DNA from: an uncultured Acidobacteriota bacterium
GTDB lineage: Bacteria; Actinomycetota; Acidimicrobiia; Spongiisociales; ZC4RG35
Reading direction: 5' to 3'
Length of the DNA stretch: 64,000 nt
Assembly (NCBI GenBank): GCA_963828465.1
Contig: CAWHEU010000013.1
Span: forward strand, 1-64,000
The notes below the pieces were generated by a model, which saw nothing but the letters and a program-made list of their open reading frames with translations, searched no databases and had not been told where the DNA came from. This document shows positions 18,945-32,507 of this stretch, one piece after another (position 1 is the stretch's first letter; the number at the start of each line of letters is the position of its first letter). The translations under genes were made by a program, and so were the position numbers.

Positions 18945-19640
18945 ATGTCTTCGCAAATCACTCTGCGCGCCGAGACGGGCCGGCCCACCGGCTCGCGTGA
19001 GTCGCGCCGTCTCCGTCGGACGGGGCGCATCCCGGGCATCGTCTATGGCAAGGCCACCGACCCGATAAATGTCGCCGTCGATGCCCACGACCTCCACTTG
19101 GCCCTGCACACCGAGGCTGGCGCCAACGCTCTGATCAACCTGGAGATCGAGGGACAGGATGTGGTCCTGACCATGGCCCGGGTCATCGAGCGGCACCCGT
19201 TCCGCAACGAGTACCGCCACATCGACTTCGTGACCGTGTCATTGGACGAGACCGTCCACGCCGAGGTGGTCATCCACTTCGTGGGGACGCCGATCGGAGT
19301 GATCGAGGGCGGCGTGTTGTCGCCGAGCAAGACCCATGTCGTTGTCGAGACTCTGGCCACGTCGATCCCGTCAGGTATCGAGCTCGATATCTCGGGGGTC
19401 ACCATGGGAGACGCTCTGCGTATCGCCGACCTTCCCGAGCTCGAAGGAGTGACCTACACCGAGGATCCCGAAACGGTTCTGATGAGTGTGACCGCCCCGG
19501 CCGCCGAGATCGAGGAAGAGCCCGAAGAGGTCGAGGGCGAGGAGATCGAAGGGGCTGAGGAGCTCGCCGAAGGTGAGGAGTCCGATGGCCAGGCTGAGGA
19601 ATCTGCTGCGGACCAAGCCGGAGGCGGGTCCGGCGAGTAA
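18945..19640 (+). CDS. rplY: 50S ribosomal protein L25/Ctc
   Basis: SRRLRRTGRIPGIVYG, HIDF, acidic tail; adjacent to pth. Confidence 0.96.
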   Translation: MSSQITLRAETGRPTGSRESRRLRRTGRIPGIVYGKATDPINVAVDAHDLHLALHTEAGANALINLEIEGQDVVLTMARVIERHPFRNEYRHIDFVTVSLDETVHAEVVIHFVGTPIGVIEGGVLSPSKTHVVVETLATSIPSGIELDISGVTMGDALRIADLPELEGVTYTEDPETVLMSVTAPAAEIEEEPEEVEGEEIEGAEELAEGEESDGQAEESAADQAGGGSGE

Positions 19641-20226
19641 GCCCGCCCGCGCAGTCATCGGGCTGCGCAACCCGGGATCGGACTACGAGGGCACCCGACA
19701 CAATTCGGGCTACGAGGTGCTCGCGCGTGTCCTGACCCGGGCTGGGGAGAAATTGGGTCGGGGCCCTTCCCGGGTGCATGCCCAGTTGACCCAGATCGGG
19801 GCCGGTGACGACCGGCTCCTCTATGCGGTCCCCATGACCTACATGAACGAGTCGGGTCGTGCCGTCCGCACGTTGCTCGACTACTTCAATCTGTCTCCCT
19901 CAGACATCCTGGTCATCCACGACGACATCGACCTTGCCTTCGGGCGCCTCCGGCTTCAGGTCGGGGGTGGAAGCGGTGGCAACAACGGGGTTCGGTCCAT
20001 CGAGGCCGCACTCGGTTCCAAAGACTTCAACCGTCTCAAGCTCGGCGTCGGCCGCCCACCAGGGCAGATGGACCCGGCTGATTTCGTTCTTCGACCGTTC
20101 ACCAAGGCGGAGCGGGCCGAGGTCGAGCTCATGATCGACGACGCCGCCGACGTGGTCGAGCTGTGGCCAACCGACCCGGCGAGGGCCCAGGAACTTGCTG
20201 CCCATCGAGGACGGGAGCCCGGATAG
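19585..20226 (+). CDS. pth: Peptidyl-tRNA hydrolase
   Basis: GLRNPG, TRHNSG, TYMNESG, HDDIDL, RLKLGVGRP; GAGGAG before ATG 19585. Confidence 0.95.
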   Translation: MARLRNLLRTKPEAGPASKPARAVIGLRNPGSDYEGTRHNSGYEVLARVLTRAGEKLGRGPSRVHAQLTQIGAGDDRLLYAVPMTYMNESGRAVRTLLDYFNLSPSDILVIHDDIDLAFGRLRLQVGGGSGGNNGVRSIEAALGSKDFNRLKLGVGRPPGQMDPADFVLRPFTKAERAEVELMIDDAADVVELWPTDPARAQELAAHRGREPG

Positions 20227-20238
20227 GCTCCGCTCAGG

Positions 20239-21036
20239 TTGGGCCTACCGTCACTCCGCTCGAGATTCGCTGCGCTGCACGAAACCGGATGCTTCGTGAT
20301 GCCCAATGCCTGGGACGTCGGATCGGCGCGCATCCTGGCATCGCTCGGCTTCGAGGCGATCGCCACCACAAGCTCGGGACATGCCGCCTCGTTAGGGCGG
20401 ATGGACCAGCGGGTCACGCTCGCGGAGTTGCTGGCTCATGTCAGAGCGTTGGTGGACGCGGTCGACGTGCCGGTCAGTGTCGACGCCGAGCGATGTTTCT
20501 CCGATGATGCTGACGGTGTCGCCATGACCGTGGACAGGATTGCGCAAACAGGTGCTGCGGGGGTATCGATCGAGGACTACGACCCTGGCTCCGGGATCGA
20601 CCCGATCGGGGTGGCAACGGAGCGGGTGGCCGCCGCAGGAGAGGTGACCAGGTCGACCGGGATGGTGCTAACCGCTCGAGCGGAGAATCACCTCTACGGC
20701 TTCGACGACCTCGAAGACACGATCACCCGATTGATCGCCTATCGCCAGGCCGGGGCCGATGTCGTCTACGCGCCGTGGCTGGCCGACATCGGCGATATCG
20801 AAAGGGTGGTGACCGAGACCGCGGCCCCGGTCAATGTGCTGGCGCGGGTCGAGGGGCCTGGTGTTTCCGAACTAGCCGACATCGGTGTCCGGCGCGTCTC
20901 GACCGGCGGCGCCCTGGCTTTTGCTGCGTACGGGTCGATGACCACCGCAGCCCGAGAGCTGCTGTCGGAAGGCACCTCGACTTACATCGGGCGAGGGCTT
21001 TCGATGGACGATCGCCGGGCAGCCTTCGACGGATAG
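20239..21036 (+). CDS. Isocitrate lyase/PEP mutase family protein
   Basis: [34 protein letters not shown]. Confidence 0.9.
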   Translation: MGLPSLRSRFAALHETGCFVMPNAWDVGSARILASLGFEAIATTSSGHAASLGRMDQRVTLAELLAHVRALVDAVDVPVSVDAERCFSDDADGVAMTVDRIAQTGAAGVSIEDYDPGSGIDPIGVATERVAAAGEVTRSTGMVLTARAENHLYGFDDLEDTITRLIAYRQAGADVVYAPWLADIGDIERVVTETAAPVNVLARVEGPGVSELADIGVRRVSTGGALAFAAYGSMTTAARELLSEGTSTYIGRGLSMDDRRAAFDG

Positions 21037-21044
21037 GGATCGAC

Positions 21045-22535
21045 GTGGCAGACCTCATCGGCGCCCTCGACCAGGGGACCACATCGACCCGATTCATGAT
21101 CTTCGACCGCGATGGAGCAGTCGTCTCGGTCGATCAACGAGAGCATCGCCAGATCTTTCCCCGGCCCGGGTGGGTCGAGCACGACCCTGTGGAGATCTGG
21201 TCGAAGACCACATCGGTGATCGAAGGTGCTCTCTCCCGTGCCGGCTTGAAGGCAGCCGACCTCGCCGCGATAGGCCTCACCAATCAACGGGAGACGACGG
21301 TGATATGGGACCGGAGGACAGGTGAGCCCGTTCACAACGCAATCGTCTGGCAGGACACCCGCACTGCGGACCTGTGCAACGAGCTCGCTGGTGACGAGGG
21401 CGTTGACCGATTCAGGGCGAAGACCGGTCTTCCCCTGGCAACGTATTTCTCCGGCCCCAAAGCACGTCATTTGCTCGACGATCTCGATCTGAGGGAGCGA
21501 GCCGAACGGGGGGAGCTCGCCTTTGGGACCATCGACTCCTGGATCGCCTGGAATCTCACGGGCGGGCCCGATGGAGGGCGTCACATCACCGACGTCACCA
21601 ATGCTTCGCGCACCCTTCTCATGGATCTGGCGACGACCACCTGGGACGCAGACCTGAGCCTCGAGCTCGGTGTGCCCAGCGCGATCCTCCCCGAGATCGT
21701 CCCTTCGATCGGACTCGAGCTCGAATGTGCCGGCCCACTGAGCGGAGTCCGCCTGGCCGCGATCCTCGGTGATCAACAGGCAGCGCTATTTGGCCAGGCC
21801 TGTTTCGACCCGGGCGAGGCGAAGAACACCTACGGCACGGGGAATTTCATGTTGCTCAACACCGGGGAGAGCCCGGTGACCTCAGACGCCGGGCTACTGA
21901 CCACAGTCGCCTACCGCATCGCCGACCAGCGCACGGTGTTTGCCCTGGAAGGGTCCGTTGCAGTCACCGGCTCGCTGGTCCAGTGGCTTCGAGACAACCT
22001 GGGGCTCTTCGACGATGCCTCCGAGGTCGAGGCCATGGCTCGCTCGGTCGACGACAACGGTGATGTCTACTTCGTCCCGGCGTTCTCCGGTCTGTTCGCC
22101 CCACACTGGAGGCCCGACGCCCGGGGTGTGATAGCGGGGCTTACCCGGTTCGCCGAACGGGGCCATATCGCGCGAGCCGCCCTCGAATCGACGGCATTCC
22201 AGACCCGGGACGTCCTGGATGCGATGGTGGCCGACTCAGGTGTCGATCTATTGGAGCTCCGGGTCGACGGTGGGATGACAGCCAACGGCCTGCTCATGCA
22301 GTTCCAGGCCGACATCCTCGGAGTGGACGTGATCCGGCCGAAGGTGGCCGAGACCACGGCCCTCGGCGCCGCCTATGGAGCCGGTCTCGCCGTCGGATAT
22401 TGGTCGGGTCTCGATGAGATCCGGAGCCTGTGGGCCGAGGACGTCCGCTGGTCCCCGGCGATGAGCGACGATGAGCGCGCTCGTCTCCACGGAAGGTGGC
22501 AGCAGGCGGTGGAGAGATCCCTGGGCTGGGTCTGA
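21045..22535 (+). CDS. glpK: Glycerol kinase
   Basis: [44 protein letters not shown]. Confidence 0.97.
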   Translation: MADLIGALDQGTTSTRFMIFDRDGAVVSVDQREHRQIFPRPGWVEHDPVEIWSKTTSVIEGALSRAGLKAADLAAIGLTNQRETTVIWDRRTGEPVHNAIVWQDTRTADLCNELAGDEGVDRFRAKTGLPLATYFSGPKARHLLDDLDLRERAERGELAFGTIDSWIAWNLTGGPDGGRHITDVTNASRTLLMDLATTTWDADLSLELGVPSAILPEIVPSIGLELECAGPLSGVRLAAILGDQQAALFGQACFDPGEAKNTYGTGNFMLLNTGESPVTSDAGLLTTVAYRIADQRTVFALEGSVAVTGSLVQWLRDNLGLFDDASEVEAMARSVDDNGDVYFVPAFSGLFAPHWRPDARGVIAGLTRFAERGHIARAALESTAFQTRDVLDAMVADSGVDLLELRVDGGMTANGLLMQFQADILGVDVIRPKVAETTALGAAYGAGLAVGYWSGLDEIRSLWAEDVRWSPAMSDDERARLHGRWQQAVERSLGWV

Positions 22536-22537
22536 GC

Positions 22538-23440
22538 ATGTTCGACGGATTCGATCTGGAGATGCTCGATCTCGGTGAAATACGGGTGCGAGTTCGTATC
22601 GGTGGCGACGGCCCACCGCTGCTCTTGCTTCATGGCAACCCACAGACACATGTGATGTGGCATCGAGTTGCACCCCGACTAGCGGAGCGCTTCAGCGTTG
22701 TCCTCCCGGACCTTCGTGGCTACGGAAAGACATCGAAGCCGCCTTCGTCTTCGGACCACAGCCCGTACTCGAAGCGGACGATGGGCCGCGATCAGATCGA
22801 TCTCATGACGAGGTTGGGGCATTCGAGGTTCTCGGTCGCCGGACACGATCGTGGGGCAAGGGTGGCCTATCGGATGGCCCTGGATCATCCCGAAGTGGTC
22901 GACAAGCTCGCTGTCCTCGACATCATCCCTACCGGAGAGATGTTCGCCCGCGGTGGCCGGGATTTCGGGCTCAGCCACTATCACTGGTATTTCCTGGCCC
23001 AGCCGGCGCCCCTGCCGGAGAAGCTGATCGGCTCCGACCCCGATTGGTACTGGCGGTGGCATACCACCAGAGGACCCGACATCAGCTTCTTCGACGATGG
23101 CGCCCTCGAGGACTATCTCGGTTGTTTCTCTGACCCCGAGACCATTCGTGGGATCTGTGAGGACTACCGGGCTGGAGCAACCATCGACTTCGAGCACGAC
23201 ACGGTCGACAAGGAGGAAGGTCGAAAGATCGAATGCCCCCTTCTGGTGCTTTGGTCGGGTCGTGGGCCGGTCGACGACTGGTACGACATCCTTGAGATCT
23301 GGGGCGAATGGGCCGACGACGTCCGGGGCCGGGCACTTCCCTGCGGGCACTATCTCCCCGAGGAGGCTCCGGACGAGACGGTCGAGGCACTCATGGCCTT
23401 CCTCTCTGAATCGGCGCCGTCGATAAGATCGGATCGCTAG
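22538..23440 (+). CDS. Haloacetate/fluoroacetate dehalogenase-like alpha/beta hydrolase
   Basis: LHGNPQ, GHDRGAR, YHWYFLAQ, CEDYRAGA, GHYLPEEAP. Confidence 0.85.
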   Translation: MFDGFDLEMLDLGEIRVRVRIGGDGPPLLLLHGNPQTHVMWHRVAPRLAERFSVVLPDLRGYGKTSKPPSSSDHSPYSKRTMGRDQIDLMTRLGHSRFSVAGHDRGARVAYRMALDHPEVVDKLAVLDIIPTGEMFARGGRDFGLSHYHWYFLAQPAPLPEKLIGSDPDWYWRWHTTRGPDISFFDDGALEDYLGCFSDPETIRGICEDYRAGATIDFEHDTVDKEEGRKIECPLLVLWSGRGPVDDWYDILEIWGEWADDVRGRALPCGHYLPEEAPDETVEALMAFLSESAPSIRSDR

Positions 23441-23455
23441 TCGAGGAGGACCCCG

Positions 23456-24013
23456 ATCTCAACGCCTGACATCCTGGCGCTCTCCCGCATCCTTCTCGTG
23501 CCGTTCATCATGGCGTTCACCCGGTCCGACCGCATCGACTACGCCCTCGTGATCGCTGCCACTCTCTTCGCGGTTGCCGCCTTCACCGATTTTCTCGACG
23601 GCTACCTGGCCCGCAGGACTAGCGGGGGCACCCTGCTCGGAGCCTTTCTCGACACCACCGCGGACAAGATCCTCATCACGGGGACGTTGTTGGCTCTGGT
23701 CTCGATCGATCGGGTCTCGATCTGGCCCGCCTCGATCATCATCTTCCGTGAGTTCCTGGTGATGGCCCTGCGCGGCGTGGTGGCGACCCAGGGAGGTCTC
23801 ATCCGCCCCTCGACCTGGGGGAAGATCAAGTTCATCACCCAGTTCGTCGCGATCTTCCTCGCCTTCTTCAGGCTCGCCGATCGCTGGGGCCTCTGGTACC
23901 TCGACCAGTGGGCGATGCTGATCGCGGTCATCGCCACGGTCGGATCGGCCTGGGGATACATCTCGGCCTTCTGGCACACGGTTCGCTCGGAACCCACCCC
24001 AACTCGCACGTGA
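23456..24013 (+). CDS. pgsA: CDP-alcohol phosphatidyltransferase (PgsA-like)
   Basis: TDFLDGYLAR...GAFLDTTADK motif; family-like N-terminus PDILALSRI lies upstream of GTG 23498; apparent ATC start at 23456. Confidence 0.85.
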   Translation: MSTPDILALSRILLVPFIMAFTRSDRIDYALVIAATLFAVAAFTDFLDGYLARRTSGGTLLGAFLDTTADKILITGTLLALVSIDRVSIWPASIIIFREFLVMALRGVVATQGGLIRPSTWGKIKFITQFVAIFLAFFRLADRWGLWYLDQWAMLIAVIATVGSAWGYISAFWHTVRSEPTPTRT

Positions 24014-24981
24014 AGGTCGGTGTCACCGGTGGCAGCGGTGTGGTGGGCCGCGCCCTGATCCGCCACTTGGTCGGCGAGGGGCACCAGGTCAGCGCCCTGG
24101 CCCGGACTCCGGAGTCCGCTGCCGATCTGGCTGGCCTCGGCGCCGTTCCCGTCGATGGCGACGTGATCGATCCCCCCGGTCTGGTCCCGTTGGTCGAGGG
24201 CAAGGACTGGGTCTTCCATGTCGCCGGGATCAACGAGATGTGCTCCCCGGACCCCGACCTCATGGATCTGGTCAACATCCAGGGCACACGCAACGTGATG
24301 GACGCCTGCCGCTTTGCCGGGGTGGGGAGGATGATTCACACCTCCTCGGCCGCCGCCATCGGTGAGGCCCACGGGACTATCGGTTCCGAGGCGAGCCGTC
24401 ATCGGGGGAGCTATCTGTCCCGGTACGAGAGGTCGAAGCATCTCTCCGAGCAGCTCGTCCTCGAAGAAGCAGGCGACCTCGATGTTGTCGTGGTCAACCC
24501 GTCATCGGTTCAGGGACCGGGCCGGGCGACCGGTACCGGCAAGCTGATCCTCGATCTTCTGAATGGAACGCTCCAATTGCTGGTGGAGACGACTGTGTCG
24601 ATCGTCGACATCGACGATTGCGCCGGGGGCCACGTTCTCGCCGCGGAACGGGGAGCCACCGGGCAGCGATACATCCTCAATGGCTCCAGCTCTTCGATAT
24701 CCAGGCTGGTCGACCTGTTCAACCAGGTCACCAATGGGAGCCTGGCACCGAGATTCCTGCCCGCGTGGGTGGCGACGGCAGGAGCACCTGCTCTCGAGCT
24801 CGGGGCGCGGATCACGAATCGGCGCCCCCCGATCTGTCGTGAGATGGTCAGGGTGCTCAGGGCTGGTCACACCTACGACGGGAGCCGGGCCACCCGGGAG
24901 CTGGGACTCGGCTACACCCCGCTCGAGACCACGATCACCCGCACCGTGGACTGGTTTCGCGACCAGGGTCTGCTGGTCTGA
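24010..24981 (+). CDS. NAD-dependent epimerase/dehydratase (dihydroflavonol-reductase/HpnA-like)
   Basis: VTGGSGVVG, HTSS, YERSK, VNPSSVQGPG. Confidence 0.9.
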   Translation: MKVGVTGGSGVVGRALIRHLVGEGHQVSALARTPESAADLAGLGAVPVDGDVIDPPGLVPLVEGKDWVFHVAGINEMCSPDPDLMDLVNIQGTRNVMDACRFAGVGRMIHTSSAAAIGEAHGTIGSEASRHRGSYLSRYERSKHLSEQLVLEEAGDLDVVVVNPSSVQGPGRATGTGKLILDLLNGTLQLLVETTVSIVDIDDCAGGHVLAAERGATGQRYILNGSSSSISRLVDLFNQVTNGSLAPRFLPAWVATAGAPALELGARITNRRPPICREMVRVLRAGHTYDGSRATRELGLGYTPLETTITRTVDWFRDQGLLV

Positions 24982-25005
24982 ACCACAGGTACCATCGGCC
25001 CCCCG

Positions 25006-28000
25006 ATGGTTGCCCCCCTCGAGCCACTCCTGTCTGGTTGGCGGTCCGCCCCTCTACCCGATCTCCACGGCACCTGGTCCGTGGCGCCGGGTGGGCGTGC
25101 CTTCGCCATTGCCGGTCTCGCCGACCAGGTCGAGACCTCGCTCCTCGTGGTGGTGCCCGGGGAGAGAGACGCAGAGGAGCTGGTCGACGACATCTCCTTG
25201 TTCCTCGACAACGTGCGTCTCGCCCCTGCATGGGAGACGCTGCCTTTCGAGCATGTGTCGCCGAACATCGGCACGATGGCGCACCGCTCCGAGGCGAGAC
25301 ACGCGTTGGAAGGGGCTGATCGGGCAATCGTCGTAACCAGCGTCCGGGGCGCAATTCAACGCCTCAGCCCGTCGGCCCACACACCCCTGATCCTGACTCC
25401 CGGCGACGAGGTGAGCATGGACACCCTTTCCCGTTCCCTGGCCGACCTCGGATACTCCCGTACCGATCGGGTCGAGGCACGTGGCGAGTTCGCAATTAGG
25501 GGCGGGATCGTCGATGTGTTCCCGGCACAAGCGGACAACCCGGCGCGGCTCGACTTCTGGGGTGATCAACTCGAGGAGACGCGGGCGTTCTCGGTGGCCA
25601 CTCAGCGCTCGGAAGACGTCGTGCCCCGGCTCGTGGCGTTCCCGGCTCGGGAGGTCCGGCCCGATCCACTTGATTCGCGGTCGGGCCGCCCAACTGGTCC
25701 GGAGCGAGCCGTGGAGTGCTTCCACTTGGGACCGGATCGTGGAAGGGCAGATCTTCCCTGGCATCGAGTCGTGGCTTCCCTGGCTGGCCGAGCCGATTTC
25801 CATGATCGACGCCTTGCCCGAAGGCGCAGGCCTCGTCGTCGTGGAGCCGAGCCGCGCCCTGGACCGTGCCCGTGAGCTGGTCAAGGAGGAGTCAGAGCTC
25901 GCCGCCGCCCTTGCCCCGACGTGGGGCGACCAGGCGCCGGTCGCCGGAGAGCACCCGGCGCTGTTCCTCGATCTGGAGGAGAGTCTCGCCGGCAGGGCCC
26001 ATCTGCGAATGCCCTCGAGCCCCACGGGGCCCGGCGACCCGGTTGTCGAGATCAGCGCACTCGACGCCATCCCCGGGAGCCCCGAGTCGGTAGCTGGAGG
26101 GGTGGGGAGGCTGCTGGTCCGGCAGATCGACACGGTGATAGCCATGGATGGAGAGGCCGCCGCCGATCGCGTGGCCGCGGCGCTGGCCGAACAGGGCCTC
26201 GTGCTCGACCGTCTTCCAGCCCTGGTGACCCCAAGATCGGGAGTGATTCCCATTGGGATACACAAGGGCTTCGTCGCCCCTTCGATCGGGGTGGCGGTCC
26301 TCGGCGAGCAGGAGATCGCCGGCCGACGGCGAGCCCATCGCCGGTCGGGCCGGTCACGGGCCGAGGTCGGCCAGCAGTACCGGGACCTGACCGAGGGAGA
26401 CTTCGTGGTCCATCACCAGCATGGGATAGGCCGGTTCGAGGGTTTGGTCTCGCGCACGATGGCCGGGATCGAGCGCGACTACCTGATCATCGCCTACGCC
26501 GCAGGGGATCGGCTCTATGTGCCGGTCGACCAGCTTGCAGCGGTCCGTCGTTACACGGGCGGCGAGGTTCCCCGCGTTTCCCGCATGGGGGGCAAGGACT
26601 GGTCGGATCAGAAGACCAAGGTTCGCAAGGCGGTGGCGGCGGTCGCTCAGCAGGTCGTCGAACTACACCGAATCCGGGCCGCCGCCACCGGCCACACCTA
26701 TGAGCCGGACACGCCCTGGCAGCGGGAGATGGAGGGATCGTTCCCCTACGAGGAGACGCACGATCAGATGCAGGCCATCGTCGACGTCAAGCGGGACATG
26801 GAGGCCGGGCAGCCGATGGACCGGCTCGTCTTTGGCGATGTCGGCTATGGCAAGACCGAAGTCGCGATCAGGGCCGCCTTCAAGGCGGTCCAGTCGGGGA
26901 AGCAGGTGGCCGTGCTCGCTCCCACCACGCTCCTCGCCCAACAGCATCATCAGACATTCGCCGAGCGATTCCAGAGCTATCCGGTCAATGTCGAGGCCCT
27001 GTCCCGCTTCCTCACGCCCAAACAGCAGAAGACGGTCGTCGCCGGTCTCGCCACGGGCGAGGTCGATGTGGTGATCGGCACCCATCGGCTCCTCTCCGAC
27101 GACATTCATTTCAAGGACCTCGGCCTTCTCGTCGTCGACGAGGAGCAGCGATTCGGCGTGACCGCCAAGGACGCGATCAAGAGGCTCAAAGTGGGAGTGG
27201 ACGTCCTCACTCTCACCGCGACCCCGATTCCGAGGACCCTGGAGATGGCGCTCACCGGGATCCGCGACGTGTCACACATCAGGACCCCACCCGAGGATCG
27301 TCATCCGATCCTGACCTACGTCGGGCCCTACGACGAACAGTCGGTTTCGGCCGCGATCCGGAGGGAGATCCTCCGGGAGGGTCAGGTCTTCTACGTCCAC
27401 AACAGGGTCCAGTCCATCGACCGCGCCGTCGCCCGCCTCCAGGAACTGGTGCCGGACGCCACATACGTCGTCGCCCACGGGCAGATGTCAGAAGGCCAGC
27501 TCGAGCAGGTGATGATCGATTTCTGGAGCGGCGAATACGACGTGATGGTGGCCACCACCATCATCGAGTCCGGGCTCGACCTGCCCAAGGTGAACACCCT
27601 GATCGTCGAGCGTGCCGACCTGCTCGGTCTCGCCCAGCTCTATCAGCTGCGAGGCCGGGTGGGAAGGTCTGATCAGCGGGCCTACGCCTATCTCTTCCAC
27701 CCGGCCGACCAGTCGCTGACCGAGGACGCCCATCGGCGGCTCGAGGCAATCGGGGAGGCGACCGATCTGGGCTCGGGGTTCCAACTGGCCCTGCGCGACC
27801 TCGAAATCAGAGGCGCCGGGTCGATCCTTGGTGAGGTGCAGAGCGGCCACATCGCAGCGGTGGGATTCGATCTCTATGCCGAACTGGTGGCGGAGGCGGT
27901 TTCGGAGCTGGAGGGAAGGGAGCCGGTGATCACGGCGCAACGGGAGGTCCGCATCGACCTGCCGGTGGACGCCCATCTGCCGGACTCGTATGTCGCCGAC

Positions 28001-28366
28001 CAGGAGCTGCGACTCGAGGCTTATCGCCGACTGGCTACCACCACGACCAACGCGGAGGTCGACGACGTGGCTGCCGAATGGGTCGACCGGTACGGGCCGC
28101 TGCCTCCAGAGGCGGAGGCTCTCATCACTCTGGCCCGGCTTCGGGTGGAGGCGTTGCGGGTCGGTCTCGAGGAGCTGGTCCAGCTGCGTCATGAAGTGAG
28201 AATGGGCCCGGTCGACCTGAAGAGCTCGCAGGAGGTGAGACTGAAAAGGCTCCAGCCGCGCTCGGTCTTGAACGCCCAGGAGGGTGTGATCTTCATCCCC
28301 GCACCCCGCGACCTGGTACCAGGGCTGATCGCCTTCCTCCGTGAGATGTGGGAAGAAGAGTCGTAA
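25006..28366 (+). CDS. mfd: Transcription-repair coupling factor; +1 frameshift near 25670
   Basis: N-part GEFAIRGGIVDVFP; C-part GDVGYGKTEVA, DEEQRFG, TATPIPRT, QLRGRVGR. Confidence 0.95.
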
Positions 28367-28420
28367 GTTCTAAGTCGTAGGCCTCAGGTTCACCTACGAC
28401 CTACCACCTACAACCTATTA
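28359..28420. repeat. Inverted heptamer tandem arrays
   Basis: AGTCGTA AGTTCTA AGTCGTA (28359-28379) facing CCTACGA CCTACCA CCTACAA CCTATTA (28393-28420). Confidence 0.7.
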
Positions 28421-28456
28421 CTCTTCTCCTCTCCCCCTCTTTCGAAGGAATCCGTC

Positions 28457-29365
28457 GTGAAGAAGTATGCAATTCTCCTGATCATTGCCGCCATCACCCT
28501 CGCCGCATGCGGCAGCGGAGGTAGCGGTGGTGGCGTGGCAGCAACCGTCAACGGCACGGATATCACTGTCGCCGATGTAGAGGCCCTCATCTCCGGGGAG
28601 GCGTCTGAGATCCCGAAGGCGGAGTTCGCCGGAGCCCTCGGATTCCTCGTCCAGCAGCAGATCATTTCAGAGGCCGCCGAGTCCGAGTTCGGGATCGCGA
28701 TACCAGAGGAGGACGTCACCGCCGAGGCCACTGCCCTCTTCGAAGAATCGGCGAACGGCCAAACACGCGAGGAATTCCTCGAGGCGCAGGGGATCACCGA
28801 GGAGCTGTTGCAGCAATTCGCCTACAGCCAGCTGCTGGTCGGGGAGATCAGCGAAACGCTGCAGGCGGATGTCGAACAGCCCACCCAGGAGGAGATCGAC
28901 ACGTTGATCACCGATGCAGAGGCGCTCTACTGCTCTTCGCACATCCTGGTTGGTTCCGAGCAGGAGGCAAATGACGTCCTGACGCGCATCGAGGCAGGCG
29001 AGGACTTCGCCACCCTCGCCGCCGAGGTGTCGACCGATACTGCGAGCGGGGCGCAAGGGGGCGACCTGGGCTGCGCCGCTCCGGAGACCTACGATCCCGC
29101 CTTTGCCGCGGCCCTGACCGAGGCGGAGGTTGGTGTTCCCACCGACCCGGTTGAAAGTCAGTTTGGCTTCCACGTCATCCTGCTCAGGGACGACGAGCTA
29201 CCCACCGAGGCAGAAGCCATCGAGACACTCACCGCCGATGCATCGAGCGCGGCGGCCAACACGTGGTTCACCGAGCAGTTCGAATCAGCCGAGGTGACCG
29301 TGGATGAGACCTATGGCACGTGGGAGGCGACCCCGACACCCCAGGTGGTCCCGCCGGCCGAGTGA
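28457..29365 (+). CDS. PrsA/SurA-like parvulin peptidyl-prolyl isomerase lipoprotein
   Basis: Lipobox LAAC; SHILV, GEDFATLA, GGDLG, PVESQFGFHVI. Confidence 0.92.
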   Translation: MKKYAILLIIAAITLAACGSGGSGGGVAATVNGTDITVADVEALISGEASEIPKAEFAGALGFLVQQQIISEAAESEFGIAIPEEDVTAEATALFEESANGQTREEFLEAQGITEELLQQFAYSQLLVGEISETLQADVEQPTQEEIDTLITDAEALYCSSHILVGSEQEANDVLTRIEAGEDFATLAAEVSTDTASGAQGGDLGCAAPETYDPAFAAALTEAEVGVPTDPVESQFGFHVILLRDDELPTEAEAIETLTADASSAAANTWFTEQFESAEVTVDETYGTWEATPTPQVVPPAE

Positions 29366-30776
29366 TTACGGTCACAGGTCTAGGCCCCGGCGATCTCGAC
29401 CGGATTCCTGCGGCAGTCCGCTCGATCTTGCTCGATCCCGGCCGGACGTTGATCGTCCGGACCGACCAGCATCCGGCCGCCGAACAACTGGCCGCGCTCA
29501 GGGAGATGATCACCTGTGACGACCTCTATCTGAGTGGGGAATCCTTCGAAGAGGTGTATCGGGCGATCGCGGATCGGGTTCTGGAGACGGCTGCGAACGG
29601 GCCCGTCGTCTACGCCGTACCGGGCAGCCCTCTCGTGGGTGAGTTCGCGGTCAGGATGCTGAGGGACTCGGGTGCCGAGATCGAGCTGATCCCGGCCGAA
29701 TCCTTCATCGACGCAATCCTCGACGAGGTTCGATACGACCCGCTGGACCGGGGTTTGCAGATCCTCGATGGTCACGACCTGCCCGAGCCGCTCGTGCTGG
29801 ACAAACCGACCATCATCGCCCAGCTCGACCGTCCCGAGGTCCTGGCCGATGTCGCCTCACGGATCGGGCGGGTCCTCCCCGAGGAGGCCAGGGTCCTGAT
29901 GCTGACAGGTCTGGGCGCCTCCGACGCGGTTCGGCTCGAGACGTCTCCCGACGAAATCGACTCTGCTCTGGCCGGAAACCGGACGTCGATGTTCATCGAC
30001 ACCGATCCGGGAGGTCTCATCGGCGCGGTGCGGACCATGACCATTCTGCGGGAAGAGTGCCCCTGGGACCGCGAACAGACCCACCAGACCCTGGTCAAGT
30101 ATCTGGTCGAAGAGACCTACGAGCTGATGGACGCGGTTGGGAAACTCGACTCCGACGGGACCGACTGGGTCGGCTATGCGGCGGTCGAGGACGAGCTGGG
30201 GGATGTCCTGCTCTCGGTCCTCTTCCACGCAGCCATCGCCAGGCAGAACGGCGTCTTCGACATCGACGACGTGGCAGAGGTCATGAGGCAGAAACTGGTG
30301 CGTCGCCATCCGCATGTCTTCGGCGAGGTCGACGTCGATTCGGCCGCAGATGTGAAGCGGAACTGGGATCAGATCAAGGACGAGGAGAGGGGCTCCGGGC
30401 GGGAGTCGCAAATGGACGGGGTCCCGAGAGCGCTGCCCGCCATCCAACGCGCGTCGAAGGTCCAGAACCGGGCGGCCAAGGTGGGGTTCGACTGGTCCGA
30501 GGCATCTGAGGTCCTGCCCAAGATCAGAGAGGAGATCGACGAGCTCGAGGTGGTCCTCACCGATCCATCCGAGGCCGAGTCGGAGTTGGGCGATGTCCTG
30601 TTCTCGATCATCAATCTGGCGCGTCATCTCGGCATCGACGGCGAGCTCGCCCTGCGTGGGGCAGTCGATCGATTCGAGACGCGATTTCGGGCAATGGAGT
30701 CGGCCGGACCGCTCGACGGCTTGACGCTGGGCGAGCTCGACCGGCGCTGGGAACACGCCAAGAAAAGAAATCCTGC

Positions 30777-30783
<7 letters not shown>
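29362..30783 (+). CDS. mazG: YabN-type tetrapyrrole-methylase-like/MazG NTP pyrophosphohydrolase
   Basis: GLGPGD, YAVPGSP; CPWDREQT, EETYE, ELGDVL, KLVRRHPHVFG. Confidence 0.93.

Positions 30784-32503
<1,720 letters not shown>

Positions 32504-32507
<4 letters not shown>

Noticed and set aside
25660-25680. Programmed frameshifting or pseudogenisation of mfd (also gatB, FAH hydrolase)
   Set aside because: No slippery heptamer or stimulatory structure; several similar +1 indels in the window point to sequencing error
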